Source: Amoebidium appalachense
Taxonomy: Eukaryota > Protista > Ichthyosporea
Length of the DNA: 64,000 nt
NCBI GenBank assembly: GCA_963693365.1
Contig: CAVNZM010000006.1
Location: 3,472,001-3,536,000 of the forward strand
Direction: 5' to 3'
The notes under the pieces are model-generated. The model did not search any database. It was given only the letters and a program-made list of their open reading frames with translations, and was not told the DNA's origin. Below are positions 25,044 to 40,229 of this stretch, piece after piece. A program made the translations under genes and the position numbers. How positions within the stretch are numbered: the first letter of the stretch is position 1; every line of letters starts with the position of its first letter.

Positions 25044-26329
25044 GGGGCGGCGGAAGGGGGGAGGGCGGGGGGGGGGGGGGGGGGGGGGGGATAAGCACCC
25101 ATTAGAGCGAAAGAAACCGATGCCCAGGGGGTTAGGTGGCTTTTGATTGGTTGACCCTTGTGCAGTATTTGAATGTTGTTCCTCTCTTTTCTAGGGTTAA
25201 TCTGTGATGAATTTGCATGGGCAAGAACGGAAATCGGTCAATGGGAAGGAACGGGAAGGGGGTTATGCAGAGGGGGTTCTTATGGAACATTGCTCAAACG
25301 ATCACACCAGCCCGAAATATTGTAAGGATAAACAGCTGGTGGAGTGCATATGACAAATACCTACTTTGGAGATACTAGCATGAAAGATGTGATGGTATCA
25401 AAAATGCAAATATCGGCTTTGAATATAATACAATGAAACGTGTGACGGTATCTAATATAGATATACCACCATGAAATATGCTAGGTGCGCTGGAAGGTTA
25501 CAGGGTAATATGAAAGACGAACCCTGATAAGAATTATGTGTGTGTGTGCGTGTGGGGCGGAGGAGGAGGGGGGGGGGAGGGGGGAGGGGGGAGGTCCTCG
25601 GTTATGTACACCACCTTGCAATCTGAAAATCGTTTGAGAAAAACATACAATATTATTATTTGTTCCCCACCCAGACAACCACAACAATCTCCTCCCCTCC
25701 TCCCCTCCCCCCCCCCCCCCCCCTTCCCCCCCCCCTCCCCCCCCCCCCCCCCCCCCTCCAAACACACACACACACATACACACACCACCACCACCACCAA
25801 CCAACCAACAAACCGACAAACCAACGAAAAGAAAAAAAAAAAAAGAAATAAATAATAATAAATAAATAAATGAAAATGAAAATGAAACTAAAAACCACCA
25901 CCCAGCCAACTCATCCCCCTCTTCCCTTCCCCTCACTCTTCCCTCCACTTCCTCTCTCCCTTTCCCCCCATCCTTGCTACCTCTTCCCCCACCCCCCTCC
26001 CTCCTCCCCTGTGCCTCCCCTCCTCCTATCTCGCTCTCTCTCTCTCTCTCTCCCCCTCCCTCCCCCCCCTCCCTCTCCCCCCCCCCCCCCCCCCCCCAGC
26101 TCTCTCTCTCTCTCTCTCCCCCCCCCCCCCCTCCTCCCCCCCCCCCCCCCTCTCTCTTTCTCTCTCTCTCGTCTCCCTCTTTTCCCTCTCCCTCCCTCCC
26201 TCCCTCCCTCCATCTCCCATTCTCTCGCTAACTCCCCCCATCAGACCCCTCTCCCAATCTTCTCACCACCACCCTCCACCACACGCGGACAAACAAGCAT
26301 TTGCTTGTTGGTGTAACTAGCTTGAGGAA

Positions 26330-26363
<34 letters not shown>

Positions 26364-26464
26364 GGGGTTGAATGTGTCATTAAGTACGAAGTACACATGA
26401 ACAACGGATAACACGATGCAGAATGCAAGCCATACATAAAGAGTATGCATAATAAGCAGAGCCC
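26364..26464 (-). mobile_element. SINE-like repeat family A, short 3' fragment
   Basis: gttgaatg..aagtacgaagtacac..ataataagcagagccc shared with the other copies. Confidence 0.6.
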
Positions 26465-29400
26465 GGGGGGAGGGTAAATAGTAACAGCAATAACCAACAA
26501 CATACTTGAGTAATAATGAAACAGTTGCATTCATTGGAAAAAGAATATGTATGTGTTTGCGGGGGGGGGGGGGGGGGGGGGGGGAAGAAAGGGGTGGGTG
26601 TTTGGAAGGGGGGGGGGGGGGGGGGAAGGGTGTGCGCGTATGTGTGTTTGGGGGGGGGGGGGGGGGGGGGGTGAGGGGGGTGAGGCGGGGGGATTCTTTA
26701 AGATACCTTGAACGAGATATCCTGTATGTTGTAGTTTGTGTATGCCTCCGGGCACTGTGCAAATGCCTCCATTCCTTCATCCACCAATAGTTGGTCGGCT
26801 TGCAGAAGCTCGTCCTCAACATTCACTGCTTGTAGCCAAACAGAAAACGAGGTGGATTACCATACATGGTGTGTGCCGGGAGGATATCTGAAAAGAAACG
26901 AAAGGGGAAGGGGAATGAAGGGGGGGAAGAATATGAGGGGGGGGGGGGGGGGGGGGGGGGCAAGGCGGACAGGAGGGGTGACGGGGAGCAGGGGGTCAGG
27001 GGGCTGGTGCGGGGGGGAGGGAGGGGAGGGGGGGGGGGGGAGGAGAGGGAGAGGGGTGGAGGGGGAGGGGAGGGGACTCAGGGGAGGGGGGAGGGGGAGG
27101 GGAGAATGCGTGGAAGTCGCTTTGAAGAGGCGCCGGTGGGGGGACGGGGGGGTGGGAGGGGGGAGTTGATTACAGGGGCTTGCCCAGATCACAAATCTCA
27201 AGGAACATCGAATATCAAAAACGTGCTGTTGCGGGGGAACATGTAACAAGGGGCACGTCAATCACAGAAGCATACCGTCTGTGTTCGCCTTTGTTGCAGT
27301 GTAGTACTTTCTGGAGGTTGAAACAGAAAGCAGGCCTGAGGTAACAAGAAAGTATTGTGAGTGGTTGAACACAGCACATACGTATATCCCCTACCCAGCA
27401 CTGCACCTCAGTCGAGAATCGTAACAACCAAATTTGTATAGGATGGTACAAAAAGAACGAAGGCTAAGCAAAAAGAATTGTGAAGCTTGTCGACGTACAA
27501 CGTCGAGCTGTGGTTTGTTGAGGTGTTTTTCTACAAAAAAAAAGGACGTGAGTGGTGGTTGACTCTTGTATGCGAATGCAACGGCCAGGAGAAAGTTGGA
27601 CTTGCACTCCGGTGGGAGGGAGGTTTGAACGCCGGGGGGAGGAGGGGGGGGGGGGGGGAGGTTGACGGCAGGTAGGGGGAGGGGGGGGAAAGGGGTCACG
27701 GAAGGGGCGGGCAGGGGGGAGGGGGGCAGGGGACAAACACCTCGCACGCATGCACCCCCCCCCCCCCCCCACACACACACACACACATCGACACACACAC
27801 ACTATCCCAACCCTTGAAGTTCACAAGCAGACATAGCCTTCCACCCTTCCCTCTGCTTAATGCGGCACACGAGTCTGTGTGCGCGTTTGTGGGCGCGCAG
27901 GTGTGCGTGTGTGTGTGTGTACGTGTGTGTGTGCGTGTGTGTGTGTGGGTGTGTGTGTGCATGCGCGCGTGTGTGTTTGTGTGGGTGTGCGCATGCATGC
28001 GTGCGTGCGTGTCTCTCTGTGTGTGCGTGTGCGTGTGCGTGTGCGTGTGCCTGTGCGTGTGCTTGTGCGTGTGCGTGTGCGGGTGTGTGCGCGAGCGCCT
28101 GCGCCTGCGCGTGTGCGTGTGCGTGTGCGTGCGTGTGCGTGCGCGTCTGTGCGTGTGTGTGTGTGTGTGCGCGCGCACAAGTTTGTCTACGTGTGTGGGT
28201 GTGTGGGTGTGCTCGGCCACTCTAGTTTTGGCATACTAACCAAGAAGACGCGCAAAATTCGTCCTGATACCTTTAGATGGCAAGTCATTGTGTGGAAAGG
28301 CTTTGAAAGAGCTGTTAACCAAACCCCTTCTACCGAGGGTTCGCAACAATATAGCAACCATTGTTGTATGAACTGTGAGCTTGTTTTTGTGCTTGCTGGA
28401 TACTAAAGGTAATAAACCGTGACAGGCTGTTTTCCACGGTGTGACTGTGAGACAGTGTGAGATGTGGGGCAGCCCGCCAGGCGGCTGAGCCCGCGCTTTT
28501 GCCCAGCTCGGCCAATCACATTCTACCTAAACTGAGCCCACCGCACTTGAGCCACAATGCTGTGAATAACTCAATAAAAGAGTCTTTATGGAATTATAGC
28601 AAAAGACAGATATATAGGGATAATAAAAATTTATTGCTACAGCCCTATATAAAGATATATAGTAGCTGCGTTTCTTTCTTTTTGAGTTTACTCCAGGTTC
28701 TCCAGAAATCAGCTGCACCCATTTTGATTCGATAACCAGTCTAAAGGGCCTGTGATTAGTATCTTATCATAACTTTCAGATACGTCTTTTTGCAAGCCAA
28801 TTTTAATTGGTGTTCGTTTTGGTGGTATTTCCAGTGTACTCTCCTTGAGCGGAACTAAACCCATTGTGACCCACTTTTCATACACAAGTAAAACACTCTT
28901 AGAAATACAAGGGCCGGTATAGCTTTCTCGCATGGCAATTAAAAAGTATTTCTGGTTTAATTTTAGTAGATAATGCCGCTATGTGCCTCTAATTGGTAAG
29001 TTATATAGGACTGTTTGTATAGTTTTACTGTTTGCAATTTTCTTGATTATCTAAGTTTTTTGTGTAACCCCCTTCCCCGTTGTGCTAGGAGATTCCACGA
29101 AGAAAGGCCGCCGCCGCATGCAGCTATGCAGCTTGGTGCCGTCATGCACGGCCCTCTGAAAAAAGTGGCGGCCGGGGCGGCGGCCGTCAGCACGAAGAGC
29201 CTCTCTTCTTAGTTCGCGAAGAAAACTCTAAGGGAAGGAGCGAAGATCGTTGCCTATATTGAAGTTTTTTCCCCCATTATCACGGCTCTTTATGTATGGC
29301 GCTTTTACAAACTCCTTACTCTAGACGGGACTCCCCCCGTTCTCTTCATTTCAGCGAGCCTCAACTTCCATGTTCCGGGTTGTGAAGCAGCTTGTCTGAA

Positions 29401-30039
29401 CTTGCTGACACCATTTGTTTCGGGTTTGCCTCCTTCAACGTTATGGTTATGCGCGACTTGCGCAGCGCTTGAGCCAGAGCAATCATCAAAGTACATACTA
29501 CCCGTGACTCTGGTTCCATTAATCTGCCCTTTTCTCAGTCACATCTACCTCATTCGGCTCCATCCTGTGTTTTGTCCATGACTAACACCCGTTAGTCGCT
29601 GACACCTAAAGTGGGGTCTAAGTGACAAACGAAAACATGCCTTTTCCTGGGCAATTTGGGTAAGTATTCCATGCACTAAATCAACAAATTAAGCTGTTTT
29701 AGTACGGTTTAAGTTCTTACCCTTAAGTGGGAAAACACGCGCAAAGCTTTCTTCCTCCTTGCCTCTCCATCACGCCACCCTTTGTTTCCATCCGCTCTTT
29801 CCAATCGCTCCCTCCTTCCCTCCCTCCCCCCCCCCCCCCCCCCCCCCCTTCCCCTTCGCCCCAAAAGACACACACCCACAGAAGTTCTTTTCAATATGAC
29901 TTTCCTTTTCTATATGGCACTTGAAACGCCTTCTCTTTTTTTGCAAAAGTGCCTGCAGGTTTCAGGTAGGCTGGTCGACCTCCCTTTTTTGCTCTTCTTT
30001 TTTGATCCTAAATTTCCCTCTTCATTTGCTGCCCTGCAG

Positions 30040-31202
30040 TGACCGAGACCTCCAGGACCGCTGGAGTGTGCTGGAGCTGTATATGGACTCCTTTTTCTGG
30101 TTCTGGGTAGGTGAAGGGTCTACCTGTGATTCCATTGTTTCTTCCTGTGGTCTGACCATAAAGCTGTTTTCTGCTTGCGTGGAAACTTAAGTCCCCCCCC
30201 GTCCTCCCCCTCCCCCCGTGCGGGTTTCCGTTCCTCGTCACCATCTGCATTTGTTTCTTGTCTGCCACCTACATCAACCCCCCTCCCCGTTGCATACTTG
30301 AGTGTTTGCCTTTGCATGTGTCCTGCACCATGGTTCTCATCGTGTATGCGTACTTCGTACTGTGTTTCACATTCAAACCCCCCCTGTCTTCTTTCAGAGG
30401 TGTCCTTTCTGGACAGACCACTGTGTGGAGACATCTTTACTTCCATGCAACCGGGCATGGTTGCTCTGTGTCGTGCATCTGTAAGCACATATGCGTTTTT
30501 CGCTGCACTGCATTAGTTTGCACACACAGCTTCACCGTTTTTCTCACCTTGCTTGCATAAGCAACCCTGCTCGTCTTTGATTAAGGCGGGTTGACCCACC
30601 CAAGTTCAGCTGATGCTGTGCGCATGGCTGATAACTTGAATGTTTGTGAATGTGAATACTTACATACTTACATGTTTGCCTTTGCATGTGTCCTGCACCA
30701 TGCTTCTCATCGTGTATGCGTACTTCGTACTGTGTTCCGCATTCAAACCCCCCCCCCCCCCCCCCCCCCCCACCCCACCCCTCCCCCCCCCCCCCCCCCC
30801 CCCCTGGCCCCCCGACTCCCCACCCCCGCGCGCGCATCTTCCCTGTCCTTCTTCCCTCCCGGCCTTTATATCCAACCAACCACTTGCCTGTGGCTTCCGT
30901 CTCACCATCACAGGTCTCATTCCACACGTTCCCAGCCTCTCTCTCCTATGTATGTTATCCGCGTGCAATCCTCACGGCTGCAGGTTTTTCAAATAGCTCT
31001 TGACTTGACTTGATGGAGTGGCGTATTCTGGCAGATTTCTGCTCGGCTTGTTTATTCAGCCTGGTGTCTACACCACCAGCCCCTCCCTCCCCCTCCCCCC
31101 CCCCCCTTCCCGGCCCCTTAAACCATTACAACTACCACCAGGCCACCACCATAACATTTCTTGGTGTGTTCTTCCTCTTAGCATCCAGCAAAACCATTCT
31201 GC

Positions 31203-31251
<49 letters not shown>

Positions 31252-31276
31252 AAAAAAAAAAAACTCTCCACTTCCA

Positions 31277-31308
<32 letters not shown>

Positions 31309-32059
31309 CACCCTGCCCGCCCGGGCGAGCAAAAAAAACCGGGCGAGCAAAAAAAAGGGGGATGGTGGAGCTGGTTAGGAGAGAGAGGTAAAGAGAGCTG
31401 TATTGACAAGTTTCGGCCCCCCAGATCTTTTGGGGCACACTAGCGGTGCTCTTTCTTATTCTGCACATGATCCGGCTTTGTCTTGCCCACCGCCAACTCC
31501 GAATGATCGTCAACCTCCTGCCACGACCCGTCGAAAGTGTGTATGCGTCTGGGCACAACATGGATTATCAAACTTGCAGCATATGTCTGGAGGACTTTGT
31601 GGACGGCGACAAACTGAACTGGTTGCCTTGCCTACATGGTATGTGATTCCTTGATCTTGCTACATATGCTATTAGCTTTTTAGATCCTGGGCTTCCCCTT
31701 GTTTTTGCAAAGGCACTCTTTTTTTTTAGTTTTTGATGGCAAGTGGGATTCATGACGTCTTTGGAGAGTGCAGGTGGACACAGGGAAAGGGGGCGGGGAG
31801 GGGGGGGGGGGGGGTGGGGAGGAGGGGAGGGAGGAGAGAGGGGAGAGGGTTGAGGACCACGATGCCAACCAAATGATGGGATATGTCCTTAGGCCACACC
31901 ATATTCTTCCTGAGTGCCCGTACTGTTCTAATCTGCTTCCCTCACAACCACACAAGCACACGCGGGAACACGCACACATGCACATGCAGGCACAAGACAC
32001 ACACACATGCACATGCGCGCGCGCGCGCGCACACGCACACGCACACGCACACGCACACA

Positions 32060-32100
<41 letters not shown>

Positions 32101-32245
32101 GTTCCATGAGCACTGCATAGCCAAGTGGATCTCCAGTTTGCACGTGCAGTGCCCCGTGTGCCAAACGAACATGAAGGCTCCGGACGAAGGCACCCCACTC
32201 TTGAACCTTCTACGTGCACATCGAATGAGATACCTGAATGTTTAG
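30040..32245 (+). CDS. Membrane-anchored RING-H2 E3 ubiquitin ligase (5' exons uncertain; may begin near 29100-29500)
   Basis: Exon ~31444-31638 LFLILHMIRLCL..CSICLEDFVDGDKLNWLPCLH splices (GTATGT..CAG) to 32100-32245 VFHEHCIAKWISSLHVQCPVCQ, giving a complete C3H2C3 RING. Probable upstream exon ~30040-30107 DRDLQDRWSVLELYMDSFFWFW. Confidence 0.85.
30430..30750 (+). mobile_element. SINE-like repeat family B, internally deleted copy (further 3' fragment at ~30290-30384)
   Basis: Nearly identical to blocks of 38303-38705; ends CATTCAAA(C)n. Confidence 0.6.
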
Positions 32246-33398
32246 AACTCCGGAAATAGAGTCCTCCTCCCCGGAAATAGAGTCCTCCTCCCCTCAAACA
32301 CACACACACACTGCAACAAGGTCATGAATGGTTATCTATTTTTATTGCGAAGCCCTACGTATGCACATGTGTTGTTTGTTTACTATTGGAGGTATGACTA
32401 GGTTGATGAATGTTGCAGAACTTTATATAAATACGTGTGATGGTGTACATACGGACAGGAATATCCGCGAAGCTATTGTATTAAAGCGCGTGAGCGCGAA
32501 TGCGCTTTATTTGAAATCTTCAATTCATTACCGTGAAACATTTGCGAGGCCTGTTGCGGGCCCTCCTCGGTGATCGTAATTTCTGAGGTTCCCAAATAAA
32601 GCTCGGCAATCCTCATGTTGATTGGGTTTGCACCCACGACCTCGGCAGTTATTGATTGGCTAGTTTAGCATCACTTGATAATGGTTCAATGCATTCATGA
32701 TCCTTCACAAATCAACAGTAACTAATATCTATTAATTTTTAAACACCTACTCTCATTCGGTACCTAAAGTTTCTGCTGTATCTTGTTTTGCCGGCTACTT
32801 CTAGTGCCGTGGCAACTTCTAACTTGCAAGTTGCCTCACCTGGCCGCTGAGACTCGCAAACAGTGCAGCACGGCACGCCTCTGCGCCTACGTTGATAATT
32901 TGGCGATTTTCTTGCGCACTATCTGTGCACATGCGGTATATCTAACGCAACGCTAACAGAAAAAAAACTGACCGTTGCTAGCGCTAGTTTGGAAGGGCTG
33001 CACATGCCCATGAGTCTAACCGTTTAGTCCTTTTGTTAACTGTAGAGGTGTCACCCCCGTAGTGCCAGCGAGTGTGGAACTTGTAACTATAAGCTGACAA
33101 ACTTTTACTGTCAAAACTCTCACTTCATTGGCAGCACTCCTGAAGACTGGTTTTCAAAGACGGGCTTTCCGTAGTGTGCTTGACGTTATGGACGAACCTC
33201 AGCCACAATTCTGGTGTCAGCAAGCAAGCATGCAATCTACTTTTTTGTAAAACATCGTTCCAGGCAAAGATCGATTCTGCCACACGCCCATACGCACGCA
33301 ACACTAGGCGTATTTATTTTCGTTGTAAATCGGAAATCCGTTTAATTTTTTTTTTGCTCCACATCTCGTGGGAATTAATTAGTAGCTGCCTGTGGTCG

Positions 33399-35278
33399 AT
33401 GCAGAGCACCATGTCAGCACTCAAGCGGGCGAAAACCAAGTGCCTGCACCGGTTATCCCGACAAGCAACACAGGCCTTCACCCTGTTTGTGCTTGTTGCA
33501 TTGGGTCTGGTTTATCTACTGGGCACTGGAAAGACGGAGGTAAAACCGCAGAATGTGGTGAGTCTAAGACCACAACGCCAAGAGATAGGTAGGTGACAAT
33601 GCCGATGGTGTGTTCCACTAACTACATGCGTGTATGTGTCGACACCTGTGGGTGTTGTTGCTTGTGTGGTTGTAGTTGTAGATATGCGAGCTGTGTTTGT
33701 TTGAGTATCTTTGTGTACGCTTTTTTATGCGCGCGTGCCTTTGTGCATGTACTCGTGTGTTTGCTTAGATGAGTGTGTGGATGGGTATGTGCACGCGTGT
33801 TCATGTGTGTGTATGGGGGGGGGGGGGGGGAGATGGGAAGGGGGGCTGCCCATTCTGCATTTCCAACGTAATACAGTTAGAGAATAAATGCCACTATATT
33901 TAAGCAGCCATTTTTATTTCTTGTGTATCTCGTGTGTAACAGTTTATATGCAACAAGAAACCACCGCTAGTGAGACCGTGCAGTTGGCACGCTAAATGAC
34001 ACTAAGGAACTGGGTGGAAAAACTTGCAGAAAAGTGCTACTCGTGATTTGGTTTCTTTCTTCCTTTCTTTTTGGATGGTGGTGGTGGTGGTGGTGGTGGT
34101 GGGGGGGGGGGGGGGGGGGTCTTTCTTTTTTTTTTGTGGGGGGGGGGGGGGGGGGGGGGAGACCAACGACCCTCAACATATTGATCTCCATACATGGTCA
34201 CCCAGAGACGGGCGGAAGGGGAGGTTTGGGGGCGGGGGGGGGGGGGGGGGGGGGGAGGGGGGGCTCCACCGTGTCATGACCAGGCGGGATCCATTCCAAA
34301 TAGGGTTTGGGTGAGGACCGACCCATCCAAGACCCCCCGATATTGCATCACCGACCCCCCCTCCCAACTCCCCAACCCCGTCCTCTCCCCGCCCCATTCC
34401 CTTCAAGGATGGGATCTTCTTATGATGCATAGTTTTTTTGTGTGTTTTTCAATCTATTTTGTGCTGACACCTCGAAAACGTTTATTTCGTACTATGTAAC
34501 GCATTCAACCTCCCTCCCCTCCCCCCTCCCTCCCCTTGGTTTCCCTCTGACAACCAAGGCTCAGTTACTAAATATGCTGCATGCAGGCATACCGGGAAGG
34601 CGGGGGGCAGAGAGGCCGCATGCCGAGGATGTGGAGGAGGAGCACAGGGAGAGGCTGTGGCCGTATTCGGCAATGGATCACGTGATTGGTCAGAGGACGG
34701 GGGATGGCGGCAAAGGTATTTAGCCTCATTAGGTTGTGTGGTGGGGATGTAGAGCATGCTTGAGTACTGGTAAGGGTGTGAGGGGCGTGGGGGTGGGGGT
34801 GGGGGGAGGGGGGGGGGGGGGCTGAAAAGGTAGTATGAATGAGTACATGTTTGGGGGGGGGGGGGGGGGGGTCTTTTGGTTGTGTTTCTTATGGTGTTTT
34901 AGGTTGTGTTAGTGACATATGGCTCGTTTCGTATTTGTGTCGCTAGTGTGAGCTGTGCGGTATGCTACAGGTCCATCCCCTCCCCCCTCCCCTCCCCCCC
35001 CTTCCTCCTACTATTATTATTATGTGGGTGAGTGTACTGGGGGGGGGGGGGGGGGTTCATGGAATAATGATAGGACAGGGTGCTCTGCTCCCAGGTCAAT
35101 CCAAGGAGACAAGCTCTGTTGAAATGGCCGTAAGGGGGAAAAAAATGGGGGGGGGGATAAGACACCACGATACCAAACGATTCATTTTTTTTTTTTTTAC
35201 GTTTTGGTGACGGGTGAATCCTCCTGCTCCCACCAACACTACCACTGATGCTGTTCTTTTTACAGTCAGTGACCTGAG

Positions 35279-35309
<31 letters not shown>

Positions 35310-35399
35310 TTTATTATGCATACTCAACGTGTGGTTGGTACTCTGCATTGTGTTGCCGGCTATGAATATTCACTTCGTACACTGTTGCTTTCTACTAAC

Positions 35400-35441
<42 letters not shown>

Positions 35442-35704
35442 AAAAAAAAAAAAAAAACACCCAACACACACCCACTCATTCACCCACACCCTCAAGGAAT
35501 GCGATCTGCTTATGTGGATACTATTTGTGTGTGCTCGTTTTTGCAATGTGCTGTGTTGTACGTCATCGTTGTGTTTTTGTACTCTATGTTATTATAACAC
35601 AGTCTAACCATCCCCCCCCTCCCCTCCCCTCCCCGCCTTCCTTCCAATGTTTTCTGTAATGCCTCGCCCACCACCACCACCACCACCACCACTTCCGCCA
35701 CCAG

Positions 35705-35786
<82 letters not shown>

Positions 35787-35818
35787 CGCACACACGCACA
35801 CACACACACACACACACA

Positions 35819-35903
<85 letters not shown>

Positions 35904-37513
35904 CCAACCCTCACCCCCCCCCCCCCAAAAAAAAAAACAAAAAAACACAAACACACGAACACGTATTCAGGCAAGTACCTTGTGGTGGGCATACCGACCA
36001 TAAGCCGAGGCAACAGCAGCTATCTGGGCACCACCCTCACGTCCCTTCTTTCCAATGTGCCGACACAGGACAGAGAAAAGGTGCTGCTGGTGGTCTATGT
36101 CGGTGACCTGGATGCAAGCGTGGCCGAAAACACAGTCACTCAGGTGTGTGTGCATGGCGAAAAATATATATTGACTTCATCGCATTACTCCTGACATTTG
36201 TATGACCAGCCGATATATCACAAACATACCTAGAATAACAGTAAACGACAAACACTACTTTCGATTTCGTTACTTGAGGTTAATAATAGTGTGACCCGCG
36301 CACTTGCATGTGCATTTGCCTACATGTGATCGCTACTTGTATGCAAGAGGGATGGGGAGGGGGGGGGGCGGGGGAGGGGGGGAGGGGGGGGGGGGGGGGG
36401 GGAGCTGGGCTCCTCTGAAACATGAAAACCAGTTACGGGGCCAAGGGGAGATGGTGTGGGGCGGGAAGGTATGTGTGTGGGGGGGAAGGGGGGGGGAGGG
36501 GGGGGGGGACTTTAGATATTTCAAATGGTGGCTGTTTGACGACTGGTCCCTCTCTTGTGTGTTCTGAGGACTGACCCCTCTACATTGCCCCACAGGTCAA
36601 ACAGAACTTCAGTGAGGCAATAAACAGTGGTCTACTCGAAGTCATCCGGGCACCAGATGTGAGCATGTACCCAACGCTCACAAACTTGAAGAGAAACTTT
36701 GGAGATAAACCGGACAGAGTGTACTGGAGGTCCAAGCAGTGTTTGGACTTTTCACTGCTGATGGCCTATTGCCAGTCAAGAGGGGAATACTACATGCAGG
36801 TGGGTGTGTTGGAACTTGCACGGGTTTTCCGTTTTATTTCTCACGTTCATATATTGTACCATGCATTGGCATAGACGGCTACAGGCACGGAGACACATAC
36901 ATACAACACGTAAAATGAGGTGCTTGCCTTCACCGTTTGCTTATGGGTGTTCATGGTGTTGCACATGGTTGAACTAGAGAGCTTCTTCGTTGAAGTCAAA
37001 AGCACACGTTTTGGTTTGCTCCAGGGGGGGGGGGGGGGGGGGGGGGGGGGGGATAGATTGCCATGTACAGGGCTTCTCACCCAGCAGGGTTTTTTCAATC
37101 CCCAATCCCAATGTTTCATGTGTTTCCGGCTCTCAATAGGTGCATTGCTCTATCATGCTTTGCCCCTTGCACTGTTATAGTCAGAGCCAATGATCATAGG
37201 TTGGGTGCTTTTCCCCCTGCTATTACACGGAAAAAAAATACACCCCGGGGCATACCCGCTAACATTTCACCATGATCCGCACCCAATTGCAGCTCGAAGA
37301 CGACGTCATCACCATTCCTGATTGGATGTCAGAGGTACGCAAGGTGATTGATCGGCTAATCGACATTGGGCGGGAGTGGTACATGATTGATTTCAGTGTG
37401 CTCGGGTTCATTGGCAAGACGTTCCACACCAGCAACATGGGGGATATGGTGGACTTTTTTGCCCGGAATTATGTGGAGGCACCCGTGGACATCTTGCTGT
37501 ATCAGGTGTGTGT

Positions 37514-37547
<34 letters not shown>

Positions 37548-37553
37548 CGTGTG

Positions 37554-37590
<37 letters not shown>

Positions 37591-38075
37591 TGTGTGTGTG
37601 CATGCGCGCACACGAGCGTGTGCATGTGCATGTGCGTGTGTGCGTGTACACACGAGTATGATTTTTTTTTTAGAGCGTTTAAAAAAGGGGTGCACGGAAG
37701 AGGAACTTGAAGTGGGGAACGGGTGATATGGCGATGGAAAAAGAAATCGGGAGGGGGGGGGGGGGGGGGGACGGATAAGTCAATGTGGCGGGTGCCTTAT
37801 TTGTTGTTGTGCCTCTTCTCGCACCGTGATAAGCAGAAATGTATGGACGGACTCATTCAATGATCGGTGGTGTTTTCACTCCTTTCGAGTGTCGTGATTT
37901 GTGTCCGCACACACCACAGTGCTTGCCTGGACGGCATACTGCATGTTCGCATGTAAACGTGTGTGCACACAACCCTTTTGCCTGTACGTCCTTCGTACTA
38001 TGCATCACCCACTTTTCTTTTCAGAGTCCCTTCCATACCCTAAAGAATACCATAAGCATCCCCCCTCCCCCCCCC

Positions 38076-38121
<46 letters not shown>

Positions 38122-38844
38122 CCTCCTCCTCCTCTCTCCCCCTCCCCCCCACGGTTTTCTGTGTCGAGGACCAGGTACCTTGATGTTTTGTGTTTTGGAG
38201 TTCTTTCATGCACATTGGGGTTGTTTAGTTTCCGCTGTTGTGATTCTTGTGTTTTGCAACCGTGCACAATGTTTCAACCCCGATACTGCCCCCCCCCCCC
38301 CCCGACATCTTTACTTCCATGCAACCGGGCATGGTTGCTCTGTGTCGTGCATCTGTAAGCACATACGTGTTTGTCGCTGCACTGCATTAGTTTGCACACA
38401 CATCTTCACCGTTTTGTTCACCTTGCTTGCATAAGCAACCCTGCTCGTCTTTGATCAAGACGGGTTGACCCACCCAAGTTCAGTTGATGCTGCTGTCTGA
38501 GTTGGAGCGTCGTATATACGCGGGCTAAGGGGTCGAAACTCAGACGCAATTGATGACTTGGGCCCTCCCTGAGGATGGGCTCTGCTTATGACGCATACTG
38601 TGCGCATGGCTGATGCTGCATACTTGAATGTTTGCCTTTGCATGTGTCCTGCACCATGCTTCTCATCGTGTATGCGTACTTCGTACTGTGTTCCGCATTC
38701 AAACCCCCCCCCCCCCCCCCCCCACCCCACCCCCCGCACACCCCCCCCCCCACCCGGGCCCTTTGTGTGCGCCCTTCTATCTAGAATTCTGCCTTGTATC
38801 GTCGTGGATGCCCTACTTCGTACTCTGTAACACTTTCTAACCAT

Positions 38845-38879
<35 letters not shown>

Positions 38880-39029
38880 ATACAGGTCCTGGCATCACAC
38901 GGCAACAAACGATTCGTGAGCAAGTCGTCCCTCTTCCAACACATCGGCTACTATTCATCACTTAAGGGCAAGGTGCAAGCACTCAAGGACCCGATATTTA
39001 AGGGGGAGAAGAAGGAGAAGGACCCATAA
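33399..39029 (+). CDS. MGAT4: GT54 / MGAT4-family N-acetylglucosaminyltransferase IV-like type II membrane protein
   Basis: N-terminal TM exon ~33399-33588; exons 35971-36143 (VVGIPTISRGNSSYLGTTLTSL), 36596-36799 (RNFGDKPDRVYWRSKQCLDFSLLM..GEYYMQ), 37293-37505 (LEDDV..FSVLGFIGK..APVDILL), 38886-39029 (SLFQHIGYYSSLKGKVQALKD), all GT-AG. Stem exons near 33940-34720 uncertain. Confidence 0.93.
38303..38705 (+). mobile_element. SINE-like repeat family B, longest copy, within MGAT4 intron
   Basis: Shares ccttgc.tgcataag.aaccctgctcgtct.tgatcaagacggg, TGAGTTGG..GGTCGAAACTC, ccctgaggatgggctctgcttat and tacttcgtact..cattcaaacccc with family A. Confidence 0.65.
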
Positions 39030-39251
39030 ATCATGGGTGTTGCATGTGTGGGCTTGGGATGTGGGCCAATGTGAATGGTCCCTTTTTAACCTAATTTGGC
39101 AGTGTCGAACGTGCCGAAGACTACGAGACTCGACTCCGGTAACATAGGAGTGTGTTCTAAATATGGATCTCACATTCCTTTTGGTGGGTGTACGTAATGT
39201 GCCGAGAAGAATTGTGGTTCTCACTCTTTTTTTTCCCCCTTATTATAGGGG

Positions 39252-39288
<37 letters not shown>

Positions 39289-40170
39289 CGGGCTAGGGAT
39301 GCATTGTGTGTTGTGTGTTGGGGCATTGGTACGAGCACAAACGAATAATTGCAAGATGCAGCCATATATAGTTGGCATTAGAGGTATTGGCAGCACCCAT
39401 GTGATAGTACGGTGAAAACCGTAAGGCCCTTATGATTGCAATTGGCGTTTTGCCAATTATTCCTCTGGTGTCACGTGGCGGACGGGGGGGGGGGGGGGGG
39501 GTAGTATTTGGTGATCCCCAATATGTCAGGTATTGAACATGTACATATATACATAGTGTGTGCTGTAAATGCAGGTGTACATGTATTTTAGATATGATGT
39601 AGTTATATGCGAGCCTCTATAGCTAAAACATTTTGACTCAAAACGTAGAAAATATAATAAATTTGTCCAAAACTTTCAGTACCCAGAGCTGTGTGTATGT
39701 GCCTGTACATGTGTGTGTGCGCTCGTGAATATGTGATACACGTGGGTGTGTATGTGTAGGTGTGTGCTTGGGTGGGTGCGCGGACCCGTGACTCGTGTGT
39801 CTGTATGTGTGCATGTATCCAAACGTGGGCTCAAACTGTAAAGCGTTGCGGCACATGTACACACTGGCATTACGGTGTGTGTGTGGGGGAGGGGGGGGGG
39901 GGGAGGGAAAGACTGGGTCACAGGGTGGATTGATGGAGCAGCTCATGCTCTCAGCATTCACGCGGCCAGTGCCAAACACGAAGGTAGGCACTGGCTACAG
40001 TCAGATTAGGTTGGGTGGATGCATTTGTGCAGGATAACACTTGACTGGATTCTGGGCTTCAATTTGGCACACCATGCATATGCCATGTGTGATTCAACAA
40101 GTTCCAGGACAAAACCCCCCATGGAGGGGACAAATCAGAACCTTTTGTTTTTTTTCTTTTTTTGAGGAAG

Positions 40171-40229
<59 letters not shown>
